Shown: in pieces, positions 19,375-29,510 of the stretch
Position numbering within the stretch: the stretch's first letter is position 1
How the letters are laid out: the number at the start of each line of letters is the position of its first letter
Origin: a virus
Taxonomy: Duplodnaviria; Caudoviricetes
IMG/VR virus record: IMGVR_UViG_3300034683_000215
Coordinates: 1-58,680 of that record
Direction: 5' to 3' (one strand)
DNA: 58,680 nt
Position numbers and translations under genes: made by a program
The notes under the pieces: model-generated
Database searches by the model: none
The model's input: only the letters and a program-made list of their open reading frames with translations
Told to the model about the DNA's origin: nothing

Positions 19375-19725
19375 ATGAGTTTAACTGTACGATTAATAGA
19401 AAATAATAAATGCCTCTTTGAGGCAAATATTACACATAATTTAATCCCCATGGCTAAAAAAGTAGGTGTTTACGAAGCATGTTGGCGACCCTACAAAATA
19501 TACGATATAGAAGATGATTTAGAAGATTCGGTTGAAGTAAAAGCCAGAGATATTATATATTTTCTGGTAAGAGGTGTGGTAAAATTAAAGCGTTCTCCCG
19601 AAACTTTCAGAAAATACGATTCCCCTAATGGCTGGGGAACATATGATAATTTTCTACCCTGGTTGGAAAGTTATCTAGCTGCTTGTGAAAAACACCCTAA
19701 TGCAATAATCAAAGTTTATAGATAA
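19375..19725 (+). CDS. Phage hypothetical protein
   Basis: ANITHNL...YDSPNGWGTY motifs; coupled to the next gene. Confidence 0.7.
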   Translation: MSLTVRLIENNKCLFEANITHNLIPMAKKVGVYEACWRPYKIYDIEDDLEDSVEVKARDIIYFLVRGVVKLKRSPETFRKYDSPNGWGTYDNFLPWLESYLAACEKHPNAIIKVYR

Positions 19726-20609
19726 TGGATATAAAAAAAACAAGAAAAGGTAACCTAGGGTCCAGCGACGCCAAGATGGTTGCCAAAATAGCAAAACTTG
19801 GAAAAATTTCTAAATCTGATAAATTTAGAATAGCAGAAGTATTGGGCTTGTACGAAACGCCAAATGTTTATACATCTGCTATGAGGGAGGGACACGAGGT
19901 TGAGGAGTTGTTTTATCAGGCCATCTTGCAAAATTTTAGCGGGGCCAAAAGCAATCCTATTTTTGTCAGCGTAATAAAGCCAAAGCATTTCAATATAATC
20001 AACCACATAGATGTAGAAGTTGAGAAAGAAGATAAGGTGCTTTGGTTTGAGCATAAGGCTACAAAGCACCAATCAATTGATGAGGTAGAAGAGGAATATA
20101 AGTGGCAGCTCCAATGGCATATGATGCTCTTGAAAGAACGTGCTTGTGAGAAAGGCTACTCATTAAAATTAGCATGGTTTAACACCACGACGAAAGAGTT
20201 TTCTTATAAGGAAATTCAAGAAGTCCCCGAAATGATAGAGCATCTTAAGAAGGGGATTGAAATAATCGACCAAGCGTGCGAAAAATTTGAATGGGAAAAG
20301 CCTGAGGAATTACCAGTTGAATATTTGGCAGCCCCTGTGCAGAAAAAGGTGGAAGAGGTAGCGTCAGCGTTGAGGGAGATAGATAATCTCAACAAAAAAG
20401 TAGAAGAATTCAAGAAAAAATTATTAGATATTATGTTGTCTAATAATATAAAATCAATCAAAAATGATTATATCTCGATAACACTAGTTCCAGAGAGCGA
20501 AACGGTTACATTTGACGCTAAAAAATTCAAAGCCGAGAATAAAGAATTATCGGAGAAATACAGCAAGGTAGTAAAGAAAAAACCATACATCATGATCAAA
20601 ACGAAATGA
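19725..20609 (+). CDS. YqaJ / lambda-exonuclease-like recombination nuclease
   Basis: LGSSD, AMREGHEVE, HID...FEHK and YKWQLQW motifs; adjacent to recT. Confidence 0.8.
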   Translation: MDIKKTRKGNLGSSDAKMVAKIAKLGKISKSDKFRIAEVLGLYETPNVYTSAMREGHEVEELFYQAILQNFSGAKSNPIFVSVIKPKHFNIINHIDVEVEKEDKVLWFEHKATKHQSIDEVEEEYKWQLQWHMMLLKERACEKGYSLKLAWFNTTTKEFSYKEIQEVPEMIEHLKKGIEIIDQACEKFEWEKPEELPVEYLAAPVQKKVEEVASALREIDNLNKKVEEFKKKLLDIMLSNNIKSIKNDYISITLVPESETVTFDAKKFKAENKELSEKYSKVVKKKPYIMIKTK

Positions 20610-21358
20610 ACGAGATAAAGAAATTCTTTAAGCAGGACGAGGTGGAAGAAAAGTTTCGCCTTCTGTTAGGCGAAAGGGCACCTCAATTTTTGACCTCGGT
20701 TATGCAAGCCGTGTCGGAAAACTATGATTTGCAATATGTGGACCCTAAGTCCATTTATGGTGCAGCAGTAACAGCAGCCCTTATTAACCTGCCAATCAAC
20801 AAAAATTTGGGATTTGCCCATATAGTTCCATATAAAGGTGTGGCACAATTCCAAATGGGTTGGAAGGGTTTTGTTCAGTTGGCTCATAGGACTAATCAAT
20901 TTGTAAGGATAAACCCTACGGATGTGATGGAAGGAGAGATAATCGAGCGAGATCGGCTAACGGGTGATATGAAATTTAAGTGGCTGCCCGATTCGGAAAG
21001 AAAAGGGCTTGAACCGATAGGGTATGTTTCATATTTTCGACTGGTCAATGGGTTTGAAAGCACCTTCTATATGACTTCAGAAGAGCTCGATGCTCATGCT
21101 AAAAAATATTCAGAGGCTTATAGAAATAACAATGGACCTTGGGTGAATGATAAACCCGCCATGTGCAGGAAAACCGTTATTAAATTAAACCTAAGCAAGA
21201 ACGCACCTCTATCTTTGGATATGCAAAGAGCAATAATGTTCGACCAAGGAGTAACGTTCGACGGAGAAACGGTGGAATACGTGGATAATCCTGAAATAGA
21301 GATTATCGACGAGAAACAAAAAGCCATCGCTGAGAAACTGAATGGCATATTAGATTAA
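20606..21358 (+). CDS. recT: RecT-family single-strand annealing protein
   Basis: LGFAHIVPY, AQFQMGWKGFVQLA, PW....AMCRKTV. Confidence 0.9.
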   Translation: MNEIKKFFKQDEVEEKFRLLLGERAPQFLTSVMQAVSENYDLQYVDPKSIYGAAVTAALINLPINKNLGFAHIVPYKGVAQFQMGWKGFVQLAHRTNQFVRINPTDVMEGEIIERDRLTGDMKFKWLPDSERKGLEPIGYVSYFRLVNGFESTFYMTSEELDAHAKKYSEAYRNNNGPWVNDKPAMCRKTVIKLNLSKNAPLSLDMQRAIMFDQGVTFDGETVEYVDNPEIEIIDEKQKAIAEKLNGILD

Positions 21359-21399
21359 CTTTTCTCAAGATTTATTCGTATTTTTGTAGTATAAAAATA

Positions 21400-21687
21400 A
21401 TGGTTATGGAAATCACATTAAACAAAGATGAGTTAAGGTACATCAGAGAAGGGCTTGATCTATTAGATAAAAAGCCCATAAAAATAAATAAGCATTTGTC
21501 GATGATGTACAATTTTGACCAGGAAAATTTTTGCTATTCGTTCTTTATCGGAATGGATTGTGTAGATGAACTAATATCAGGTGACGTATTATTATACGTA
21601 AACGAGCTCATTGAGGCTATTTTTAGCCCAAATAAGCCTCGAATTTCTAATTTAGGTAGTTATCATAGATCAGTAAATTTTAAGTGA
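21400..21687 (+). CDS. Hypothetical protein
   Basis: ORF after a TATTTTTG promoter. Confidence 0.55.
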   Translation: MVMEITLNKDELRYIREGLDLLDKKPIKINKHLSMMYNFDQENFCYSFFIGMDCVDELISGDVLLYVNELIEAIFSPNKPRISNLGSYHRSVNFK

Positions 21688-21839
21688 AAATATGGAAGAA
21701 AAAAGGCTAAAAGAAGAAATAATTAAGTTGCTATATGAATACGGACAAGCAACATTAGTAACCAAGGCATTCGTCCCGGAAATAGATTTTGTCCCTTTAG
21801 CAGATGATTTAGTAAATCTTTTTAAATTATTTAAAGAAA

Positions 21840-22139
21840 ATGAACAAAAAGATTCTCTATAAGTTAGCCGAGGCAATAGCCGATAGTAGCTTTCCTGACG
21901 GGACGTATGAATATGAGGTGGGAAGATTATTATTTCGAGTTACGTTAGATGTTGACGTAATCGTAATTGACCCAGGAAGTTATTACACACCTCCTGAATA
22001 TCAAGCAGCCATTTCGGTGAGAGAAGTTGAGTGTTATATCGGTGGGCATCTAGTCGAATTGGATTATTATGTGGCAGAGGCATTAGAATACATTCTTGTT
22101 AAGGATTATGGTTGTACATACTTAATCGATGAATTATGA
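21840..22139 (+). CDS. Hypothetical acidic protein
   Basis: GSYYTPPEY motif; overlapping operon layout. Confidence 0.6.
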   Translation: MNKKILYKLAEAIADSSFPDGTYEYEVGRLLFRVTLDVDVIVIDPGSYYTPPEYQAAISVREVECYIGGHLVELDYYVAEALEYILVKDYGCTYLIDEL

Positions 22140-22438
22140 AAATATATTTAGAGCAGCCCGATTTAGAGGTTATGTCAGAATCTGCCGTTAAGCAGTTATT
22201 TGGGTTAGAAAAATTCGTAACTATAACAGTTTCATCTGATGACCTCGTAATCGACCTGTGGTTATATGTGAACCCAAATGTCAGTATAGATGACGAAGAA
22301 TCCAAGTATCTTTTCATGGGTTATAGCGCCTATATTGCTTATGTCGAAGTTGATGTAAGTAATATAGACGACTTATTCAATTTAATCGTAAATAAGATAT
22401 GGGAAAGTTCAAACGAGGAGATAGAGTGGCCGTGCTAG
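22136..22438 (+). CDS. Hypothetical acidic protein
   Basis: ATGA coupling with the previous gene. Confidence 0.6.
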   Translation: MKIYLEQPDLEVMSESAVKQLFGLEKFVTITVSSDDLVIDLWLYVNPNVSIDDEESKYLFMGYSAYIAYVEVDVSNIDDLFNLIVNKIWESSNEEIEWPC

Positions 22439-22656
22439 AGGGCTGCTCATCATGGATGAAGAAACACGACCTTTGGATGAGAGAAATGGGAAAATCTATC
22501 GATTTCATGGAAGGGGAAGTTGTCGTAGATGCATCTCATTTAAAGGGTGATGATGCTTATTATGGCGTCGATCTAGGTTTTAAGTTTTTAGTTGGTATAA
22601 ATCCTAAATTTCTAAAATTATGTTCACCAGAAGAAAAGTCAAAAGAGAACTTGTAG
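22399..22656 (+). CDS. Hypothetical protein (SH3-like KFKRGDRV start)
   Basis: ORF track and N-terminal motif. Confidence 0.55.
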   Translation: MGKFKRGDRVAVLEGCSSWMKKHDLWMREMGKSIDFMEGEVVVDASHLKGDDAYYGVDLGFKFLVGINPKFLKLCSPEEKSKENL

Positions 22657-22937
22657 GCCGTCTAAAAAATAAAGGCTACCAAGTGGTTATCGTGTCTCAT
22701 ATTTACAAGACTGTAGATGTAATAGCCTATAACACCTATCGGGACCTTTACCTAAAGGTGAAAATAGGTCGATTAAAGAAAAGAGACATTCAGTTTTATT
22801 TGAAAATGCGAGCAGAGGGGAAATATTTTTCTTATATCCGCTGCTTGGATGATATTGAAAAGGTTATAAGGCACAATGTTATCCCATTAAGGGACGACCA
22901 TGAAAGGCAAATAAAACGTTTTATAAATAACTTGTAA
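22620..22937 (+). CDS. VRR-NUC / resolvase-like PD-(D/E)XK protein (divergent)
   Basis: LKNKGYQV...DVIA....LYLKVK...Q pattern; the catalytic Glu appears replaced. Confidence 0.4.
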   Translation: MFTRRKVKRELVGRLKNKGYQVVIVSHIYKTVDVIAYNTYRDLYLKVKIGRLKKRDIQFYLKMRAEGKYFSYIRCLDDIEKVIRHNVIPLRDDHERQIKRFINNL

Positions 22938-22940
22938 ATC

Positions 22941-23390
22941 ATGATAAGAGAAATTGCTTTAACGGATGATAATCCGCTGGAATATCTATCTATAAATATA
23001 TTTCAGCTGCCTAAGTCCGATTATAAGGTGGTCGGATATTTAGGGGAAGTTTTAAACTTCGTAAATAGAAAGTCAGCAGCAAAAAGTTATTTCGATTTGC
23101 TTTTTGCTTCGGAGGCCGAAAAAAGATTTATATTCGATTATTTGGAAAGGTTACGCTTAATCGAAAGGATAGGGGAGGAATATAGCGTAACAAAAGAAGG
23201 GAATGAGTTAATAAATGCGCTTAACGAGTTATACATTCGGCATGTAGGTATTTGCTCCTCCTGCAATGAAAAACTTGGGCCAATTAGGTTTAACGAGTAC
23301 CTATCAACGCATGAAGCCGTGTATGAGTTTATGTGCGACGAATGCGCCGATATGTATGAGGAATTACTGTATGGCTGGACGAGCGTTTAA
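22941..23390 (+). CDS. wHTH plus zinc-finger hypothetical protein
   Basis: YSVTKEG wing, CSSC...CDEC. Confidence 0.5.
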   Translation: MIREIALTDDNPLEYLSINIFQLPKSDYKVVGYLGEVLNFVNRKSAAKSYFDLLFASEAEKRFIFDYLERLRLIERIGEEYSVTKEGNELINALNELYIRHVGICSSCNEKLGPIRFNEYLSTHEAVYEFMCDECADMYEELLYGWTSV

Positions 23391-23718
23391 CTTTACCTAC
23401 TTGAGAAGCGTATTAAGGAGAGCCTGGATGCGCTCACCTGAGCGAGGAATTGCCTTACAAAGGGCATTCGTAGAAAAACGCCCAAATGAAAAAGGTCGCT
23501 TGGTAAAGATGTACATGTGCGCATATTGCGGTAAAGTATTACCAGCCAAAGATGTGCAGATAGATCATATTAAAAATGTGGGGACGCTAAAAGATTTTGA
23601 TGACCTGCCCGATTTTGTCAGAAATTTATTCTGCGATGCTTCGGAATTGCAGGTGTTATGCAAGGAGTGCCATAAAGAAAAGACAAAAAAAGAGAGATAT
23701 GGTAAACGTAGCTCTTGA
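23374..23718 (+). CDS. HNH endonuclease
   Basis: CAYC...QIDHI...LQVLCKECHKEKT; likely start at MAGRAF. Confidence 0.85.
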   Translation, partial: AGRAFNFTYLRSVLRRAWMRSPERGIALQRAFVEKRPNEKGRLVKMYMCAYCGKVLPAKDVQIDHIKNVGTLKDFDDLPDFVRNLFCDASELQVLCKECHKEKTKKERYGKRSS

Positions 23719-24442
23719 ATACATGTTACACGGTTTAAAGCCGATACCATGCAAGGATAAAATTCCGATGATAAAAGGATGGCCCGATAAATACATTGCG
23801 CCTATTGAATTTACATACCCAGAAATAGCCATACAAACAGAGATTAATGGAATTGAGGTCATTGACATTGACAATAAGTCAGACAAAACCAAAAAAATTT
23901 TGAGCGCCTTATGGTCTTTCGGCACTGTTGTAAGCAAGACAAGAAGCGGAGGTTATCACTTAATTTATCGAACTGATTATCCTGAAAAGAATCAAAAACT
24001 AGCAAGAACCGCCGACGGATTAACCATTATCGAAACACGAGGTAAAAACGGGATAATCATCACGGAGCCAACGCCAGGATATGAGGTTATAAGGGGAAGT
24101 CTATTTAACATTCCTTATATTCCGCAATGCATCCGAGATGAAATGTTCGAGCTGTCGAAGTCCTTTAATGAGTACACGAGTAAACCCATCCAAACGTATT
24201 CGTTCGACGAAGAAAAGGAGCAGGATTACGAAGGGGCATTGCGTTTGCTTCTCGCCCACGGGTGGACGTTAACCGAATCAAATCGATTAAGAAGGCCTGG
24301 TAAAACTCGGGGATCATCCGCAACATGGGGTTTTACACCGATCCCTTTCGTTTTTTATGTTTTTTCGAGCAATGCGGCGCCTTTCGAAGCAAATAGAGCC
24401 TACTGCCCTAATCAGATTTTTAGCTTGCTCAATCATAGATAA
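23699..24442 (+). CDS. Bifunctional primase-polymerase (Prim-Pol) domain protein without helicase
   Basis: VIDID, TRSGGYHL, IETRGKNG and PTPGY motifs. Confidence 0.8.
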   Translation: MVNVALEYMLHGLKPIPCKDKIPMIKGWPDKYIAPIEFTYPEIAIQTEINGIEVIDIDNKSDKTKKILSALWSFGTVVSKTRSGGYHLIYRTDYPEKNQKLARTADGLTIIETRGKNGIIITEPTPGYEVIRGSLFNIPYIPQCIRDEMFELSKSFNEYTSKPIQTYSFDEEKEQDYEGALRLLLAHGWTLTESNRLRRPGKTRGSSATWGFTPIPFVFYVFSSNAAPFEANRAYCPNQIFSLLNHR

Positions 24443-24559
24443 CCAAAATTAGCCCAAAAACAGGCCAATTTTTAAACGATCATCAATTAGCTAATGGTTT
24501 ATATTGAATAAAAAAAAATAAGGGCTAAAATAGCCCTTAAAATTCAAAATTTAAGCTTT

Positions 24560-24820
24560 TTACTTTTGTTTAGATAATCTGTTCGAAACATAACTGACTA
24601 AAAAACCTCCAAAAAATGGTACTATAGGATAAAAGCATCCTGTTATAGCTAACAGGATGTAAGCTATTCGCTCCCGCTTGTCATTTTGATAAAACAAGCA
24701 TGATGGGAGCAACAAAAAAAGATACATTAGTGCGGGTATTTCACGAAATCCCAACAATATCAGAGCATTTAAAGAAAAAAACATTTCTGTAATTTTTGTT
24801 ATTTCATTAAGCAAATTCAA
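24560..24820 (-). CDS. Hypothetical membrane protein
   Basis: Hydrophobic 86 aa ORF. Confidence 0.45.
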   Translation of the reverse strand: MNLLNEITKITEMFFSLNALILLGFREIPALMYLFLLLPSCLFYQNDKRERIAYILLAITGCFYPIVPFFGGFLVSYVSNRLSKQK

Positions 24821-24821
24821 A

Positions 24822-24855
24822 TAGCCTAGCCGCTTTTTTTTCCTGCGGCTAGGCT
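24822..24855 (-). terminator. Hairpin terminator
   Basis: AGCCTAGCCGC...GCGGCTAGGCT. Confidence 0.6.
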
Positions 24856-24862
24856 GGTAAAG

Positions 24863-25368
24863 TTACTTCTCAGGGGATAATATCCGTAAAATTTCAGCTG
24901 TTACCTTGGGAATCATAATTTGGTTTATTTCATCGTACAGCCCGACGATGTTTTCTGTATGGTCAACCTCTTTAACTGTTGTATAGTGGCAACCTGGTAA
25001 TGGTTTCCGATGGCAAAAATCGGACATTTTCCGTAATAAATAGAATTGTTTAAATAATTTACCGATGATAAAAGAGGTGTGTCATATATATTATGGATAA
25101 AATCAGTTTTTAAACTTTTTTCATTTGGATCGTAATATTCGATCCTACCAATAAAAGATGTGTCGATATGCGTATGCGAGTCAATATCTTTAGCTTTTTC
25201 GGGCCACCGATTGCCTTCATACGTTTCAACGTACCCAAAGCCCCAATACCAACCGCCATTCCATGATGGTGCTTCGAGCCAGTATCTTTTGCCATTTTTG
25301 TATTCCCCTAATAGGTATACATCTTTGCCAAAAAAATGGCTTTTCTGTTTCTTGATTTGTGTTTTCAT
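24863..25368 (-). pseudogene. Frameshifted hypothetical gene
   Basis: N-terminus MKTQIKK...WYWGFGYVETY. A second frame from about 25060 (KLFKQFYLLRK...ILRILSPEK*) ends at 24863 beside the terminator. Confidence 0.55.
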
Positions 25369-25544
25369 TGTTAGTAATTTTTACGGTTTTTTAGAATTTC
25401 CAGTTGCGTTTGCATCGGTAAAAAATCCAACGCGTTGGTATTGTAAACCTCACTAGTGAAATATTCATGGAGGTCTTTCATTTTGGTTCTGTCAACCCTA
25501 TTTCTACTTTTCTTTGCTTTCTTTGTTTTCATTTTTCAAATTGT

Positions 25545-26735
25545 TTAGATGAATTTTTTAACATAGTTAATACAGTCAGCATTTTTCTTTGAAATAACCC
25601 AACCGGGTTTTTTACCTCCCTCAAAATTCAAAAATGGATTGAACTTTGCTTTAAATTCCTTGAGCTTTCCCTTGTGTTTTTTAGTTTCGCCAAAAATCGC
25701 GAAACTTTTTTCTGAGTAATCAATTAAAACAAGTTCCTTTTTAGTAGGCAAATCAACCTCTTTAGTTGATTTTTTTGGTTGTTTTGTTTCTTGTTTCTTT
25801 GTTTCTTGTTGTTTTGTTTCCTGCTGTTTTTTTGTTTCCATATTTGTAAAGTTTAAAGGTTCAAACAAAAAAGGTTTTTCATATTCATCAAAATAAATAG
25901 TATCGACTTTACACTTTTTAAGCAAATCGAGCGAAATTCCAATACGCTCTTCAGGCCCGATGATAGGCATTATTACACCTAGTAACTCTTCGGTTATATT
26001 TACCTCCTCTACCTTAATCGGTAACGTTTCTGTATGATCTGAATTTTGCAGGTAGCACTCTTTTTTATAAATATCGTAGTAAACGACATTGAACTTTCCT
26101 ATAGATTTTAGTTCGTTTGCCCTTTTTATAATTTGCTTGATAGGCAAGGTTATTTTTTGTTTATAATATTTCGATTTTGACAAATAGGAGTCATAAACTG
26201 GCATTTTTACGCCTTGTTCATAGCACGAAAAAACAATTTCATTTAACTTAAGAAAAATACGTTTTTCGGTTTTAAAAATTTCCACCTCCTTATCAATAGG
26301 AAGCTTTAAAAAGCTTTTCAGTTCGTCTATATGAACCGAAAATTCATCGGCGAACTGACAACCCTCCCGAACCACTAAAACAGATGAATTTGTAATTAAT
26401 ATCGTACCTTCTTTGAATAAGATTGAATAATATAAAGTTTTTAGGCTTTTTGTGTTGCTAATACTAGAATAATACTCAATAAACTTTAAATCATTAGTTG
26501 TTAAGACGCCTAATTTTTTGGCGTCTGAGGGCAATAGGTTTAATTCCGGGTATTCATCAACCGAAAAGTTTAATTTTACTCCGGCAGAGAAAACGCCCTC
26601 CTCCGTGGAGGACGTTTTTTGGTAAACTTGATAGCCTAATGTATCAACGTAAACGTAACCGTTTTTTATACAATAGGTATTATCAAGCAAAGGTAAATTC
26701 TTGTTTCTCTTGCAAAGTTTTTTGATTGTTTCCAT
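25545..26735 (-). CDS. Clamp-like N-terminal region, QETKK linker and small C-terminal domain
   Basis: DEYPEL, ITNSSVL and Q.VKMPVY resemble beta-clamp modules; QETKQ/QETKK repeats; IDYSEKSFAIFGETK...GWV domain. Confidence 0.5.
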   Translation of the reverse strand: METIKKLCKRNKNLPLLDNTYCIKNGYVYVDTLGYQVYQKTSSTEEGVFSAGVKLNFSVDEYPELNLLPSDAKKLGVLTTNDLKFIEYYSSISNTKSLKTLYYSILFKEGTILITNSSVLVVREGCQFADEFSVHIDELKSFLKLPIDKEVEIFKTEKRIFLKLNEIVFSCYEQGVKMPVYDSYLSKSKYYKQKITLPIKQIIKRANELKSIGKFNVVYYDIYKKECYLQNSDHTETLPIKVEEVNITEELLGVIMPIIGPEERIGISLDLLKKCKVDTIYFDEYEKPFLFEPLNFTNMETKKQQETKQQETKKQETKQPKKSTKEVDLPTKKELVLIDYSEKSFAIFGETKKHKGKLKEFKAKFNPFLNFEGGKKPGWVISKKNADCINYVKKFI

Positions 26736-26801
26736 GATTGTAAATTTTAATGGTTAATAAAATAGCCGGTTTTTCGGCACCGGCTAGGCCGTATTATTGC
26801 T

Positions 26802-27152
26802 TTAAAGTTCGCATTTCTCCACGTATTTCAGGAGTTCTTTATAATGATCGTACAGGTTTAAACTACCTATTTCATTCATTACTCGATCCTTCCATGCGTC
26901 GAACTCCCTCGGGTCAGTCCGACGTTCAATCTCTAAGAGCATTTGCTCCACGATGTTAATAAGCCTTATGCAATCGTCCCACCAATCGACGTCATCCATC
27001 GTATCAAGGGCGTAATAGTACTCGTCGTCGTAATATATTCCGTTTACGCCGTGGTTTCCTAATAGATCTCTAGTATAATCTAACATACTACGTGGATCGA
27101 TCGCGTTGGTAATTGTTTCCAGCCTCCCGGTTTCTTTACAATATACTTTCAT
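26802..27152 (-). CDS. Hypothetical acidic early protein
   Basis: ORF with an A-rich leader. Confidence 0.65.
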   Translation of the reverse strand: MKVYCKETGRLETITNAIDPRSMLDYTRDLLGNHGVNGIYYDDEYYYALDTMDDVDWWDDCIRLINIVEQMLLEIERRTDPREFDAWKDRVMNEIGSLNLYDHYKELLKYVEKCEL

Positions 27153-27164
27153 AGTTGTAATATT

Positions 27165-27395
27165 TTAAAGTTTTAGAATTATTTGAGCTTCTAACCACTC
27201 TTGCAGCTCGTTCAGGAGATCGTTATCGTCGATCCCCTCCGCTTCTAGAATTTCAGCGCAATAATAGCGTGTGTCCGAAAATTCATAGTTCTGAGGTAAT
27301 CCCCCCGGATAATCCTCGTTTAATTCGCTCACGTAATCAGTTATGATAGCCAACAGCTGGCCTTCATGTTTCTGAATAATTTCATTTAGTTTCAT
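27165..27395 (-). CDS. Hypothetical acidic early protein
   Basis: ORF with an A-rich leader. Confidence 0.65.
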   Translation of the reverse strand: MKLNEIIQKHEGQLLAIITDYVSELNEDYPGGLPQNYEFSDTRYYCAEILEAEGIDDNDLLNELQEWLEAQIILKL

Positions 27396-27399
27396 AGTT

Positions 27400-27594
27400 T
27401 TAAAATTTAGGGTTAAACAATTTTGATTCTTTGCTTGCCGCTATATAGCAGCAAGCTGTCAACAATAGCGAAAGGATTAGACCAATACCCGGAAATTTTT
27501 CGCCTTTGTATAGCAATTTGTCCTTAAGTACAGGTAATAAATAATTATACTCGTCTTTTGTTAATCTATAAGATTTTAGTGAATACATTCCCAT
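27400..27594 (-). CDS. Hypothetical protein
   Basis: 64 aa ORF in the operon. Confidence 0.4.
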   Translation of the reverse strand: MGMYSLKSYRLTKDEYNYLLPVLKDKLLYKGEKFPGIGLILSLLLTACCYIAASKESKLFNPKF

Positions 27595-27650
27595 TTTCGT
27601 TTTGTTTTTTTAAACCGCGTAAAATTTAATGGTTAACAATAAGAAAACGA

Positions 27651-27983
27651 CTATTTACCGAAAATTTCGGCTAAATAGTCGTCTATATTTTCAAGTTTTT
27701 CCTTAAGGATCTCCTGCAGTAACAAAGTGGCCAACACTTCGCTGTTGAGGTCAGCGATAGCATAGCCTAATGCTTCGGCTATTTCGAGGGAAGCGTAAAG
27801 CGATGGATCGTATTCGCTTAAAAAAGCTATTGCATTATTGTAGTAAATTATTTCAGTTTCATCTATACGACCGTATAGATAACTGATAAGGTCCTCTCTG
27901 TCAAGTTCGTTAATATTTGCGATCTTATTATCCTCGATATATTCGAGGATGTAATCCTTCAAAAATTCGTTTGTTGTTTTCAT
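27651..27983 (-). CDS. Highly acidic protein, possible Ocr-like DNA mimic
   Basis: 110 aa, D/E-rich, helical, IIYY motif; own promoter (CAAAGTTA at 28015 on +). Confidence 0.45.
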   Translation of the reverse strand: MKTTNEFLKDYILEYIEDNKIANINELDREDLISYLYGRIDETEIIYYNNAIAFLSEYDPSLYASLEIAEALGYAIADLNSEVLATLLLQEILKEKLENIDDYLAEIFGK

Positions 27984-28091
27984 AGCAATTATTTTAATTG
28001 TTAATATGATAGTTCAAAGTTACAACGATAATAATCGAAATGCAAGTTTTTTTCAAAAAATTTTTGGCGAAAACTTAAATTTAGAAACTTT

Positions 28092-28460
28092 CTAAATAAG
28101 CGCGTCTAAAATTTTTCGGGCTTTTGCAGTTAGCTTGTTACTCTTATCTATATAACCTAACTGCCTTAACTCGTATAACCGTTGATGTAGTATCCTACTA
28201 GATAGATACGAGACAAGACTATAAGGATCAACCCCCATGCTGATTATTAACATTAATATAAGATGATACATAGCTATATTATTACTATATATTATTCCGT
28301 ATATCTTCGACAGCATTATTAAAGCATCTTGTGAGTAACTGTCATTATTTCCTGACAAATTGGCCGAATGTATTACAACGTTAATAATTTCCTTACTCAG
28401 CAGCTGTTTTGTTGTCAACGAACGCGGCGCGTCTATTCTTTTTTTACCCTTTTTTGTCAT
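28092..28460 (-). CDS. Hypothetical wHTH-like protein
   Basis: LRQLGYI...LTAKA C-terminus. Confidence 0.5.
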   Translation of the reverse strand: MTKKGKKRIDAPRSLTTKQLLSKEIINVVIHSANLSGNNDSYSQDALIMLSKIYGIIYSNNIAMYHLILMLIISMGVDPYSLVSYLSSRILHQRLYELRQLGYIDKSNKLTAKARKILDALI

Positions 28461-28576
28461 TTTTTAGCCCTTATTTTGAACGATTCTAAATAAGCGGTAT
28501 AATACCACTACCTGGACAAAGATACAAAAAAAAGCCCTAAAAGGGCTTAAAAACGATATTTTTTATGGTTAAAAAA

Positions 28577-28921
28577 TTATTGTTCTAGTATTGAGCCGCG
28601 CTCTATATACTCTAATTGTCGGCTCCAGTTGCTCCAAATTTCATTAGGCTCAATTCGTTTCCCTAATGAATAAATCTTAATATTTGGATCCATATCAAAC
28701 AAAATTTCAAAAAAACGTCCTATTGCGTAATAGGAAGGAAAAGGGATTTTACGCCCTGAGTGGCTAACCCTACTACCAGGGCGGCCGCTAATGGACTTGA
28801 GCCTAATGTTTACCCACTTACCCCGCTGCGAGGTAAGAATCGTGAAGTTGTTTTCTTTGTACTCCTTGTTTAGGCGTCGAAGAGCCCTTTGGAGTTGTTT
28901 TTCTGTTGCATTCGTTCTCAT
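28577..28921 (-). CDS. Hypothetical basic protein
   Basis: 114 aa ORF. Confidence 0.6.
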   Translation of the reverse strand: MRTNATEKQLQRALRRLNKEYKENNFTILTSQRGKWVNIRLKSISGRPGSRVSHSGRKIPFPSYYAIGRFFEILFDMDPNIKIYSLGKRIEPNEIWSNWSRQLEYIERGSILEQ

Positions 28922-29218
28922 TGCTCTTATTTTTGTTGATCGTTATCGATTAATTCTGCAACTGAATATGCCAAGAGGAACATGCTAATTATAGCACCGA
29001 TTAGCCCAAACCATCCAAAAAATGATGGTTCGTCGTGTATCAATGCAACCACAAAACAAATTACGAAGGTTGCCAAATAGAATACAGGTTTCATGATTTT
29101 AATTTTAATTGGTTAACGATACAAATATAAAAAAACAATTTACGCAACACAAGTTTTTTTCAATCTTTTTTTCCTTTATCCTTGTTATTTATATTTAGTC
29201 TAAATAGCCCAAGCAAGA

Positions 29219-29249
29219 AAGGCAAGGCCTAAAATTTAGGCCTTGCCTT
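29219..29249. terminator. Palindromic hairpin / terminator
   Basis: AAGGCAAGGCCTAAA-A-TTTAGGCCTTGCCTT. Confidence 0.6.
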
Positions 29250-29510
29250 TTTGCTAACAACATTATCAACCGCCATGGCGCGGTTAATGGCTTTATATCA
29301 TACTTTTGCGCCGCCCTTTTTCGTCCTGGACTTTTTGAGGTGGGTGGGGTTTTGGGATTTTGACAGCCCCCGAGCAAACACCCCCCACTAAAAACACGGT
29401 AATACCCCCGATTGTTTATGTTTACAAATTTGTCGATGTAATTGTGATAAAATGTTTTATTTGATTTTAAGTTTAAAGTGTTTTGTTGTTATTTGGATGT
29501 TAGCCACAAT

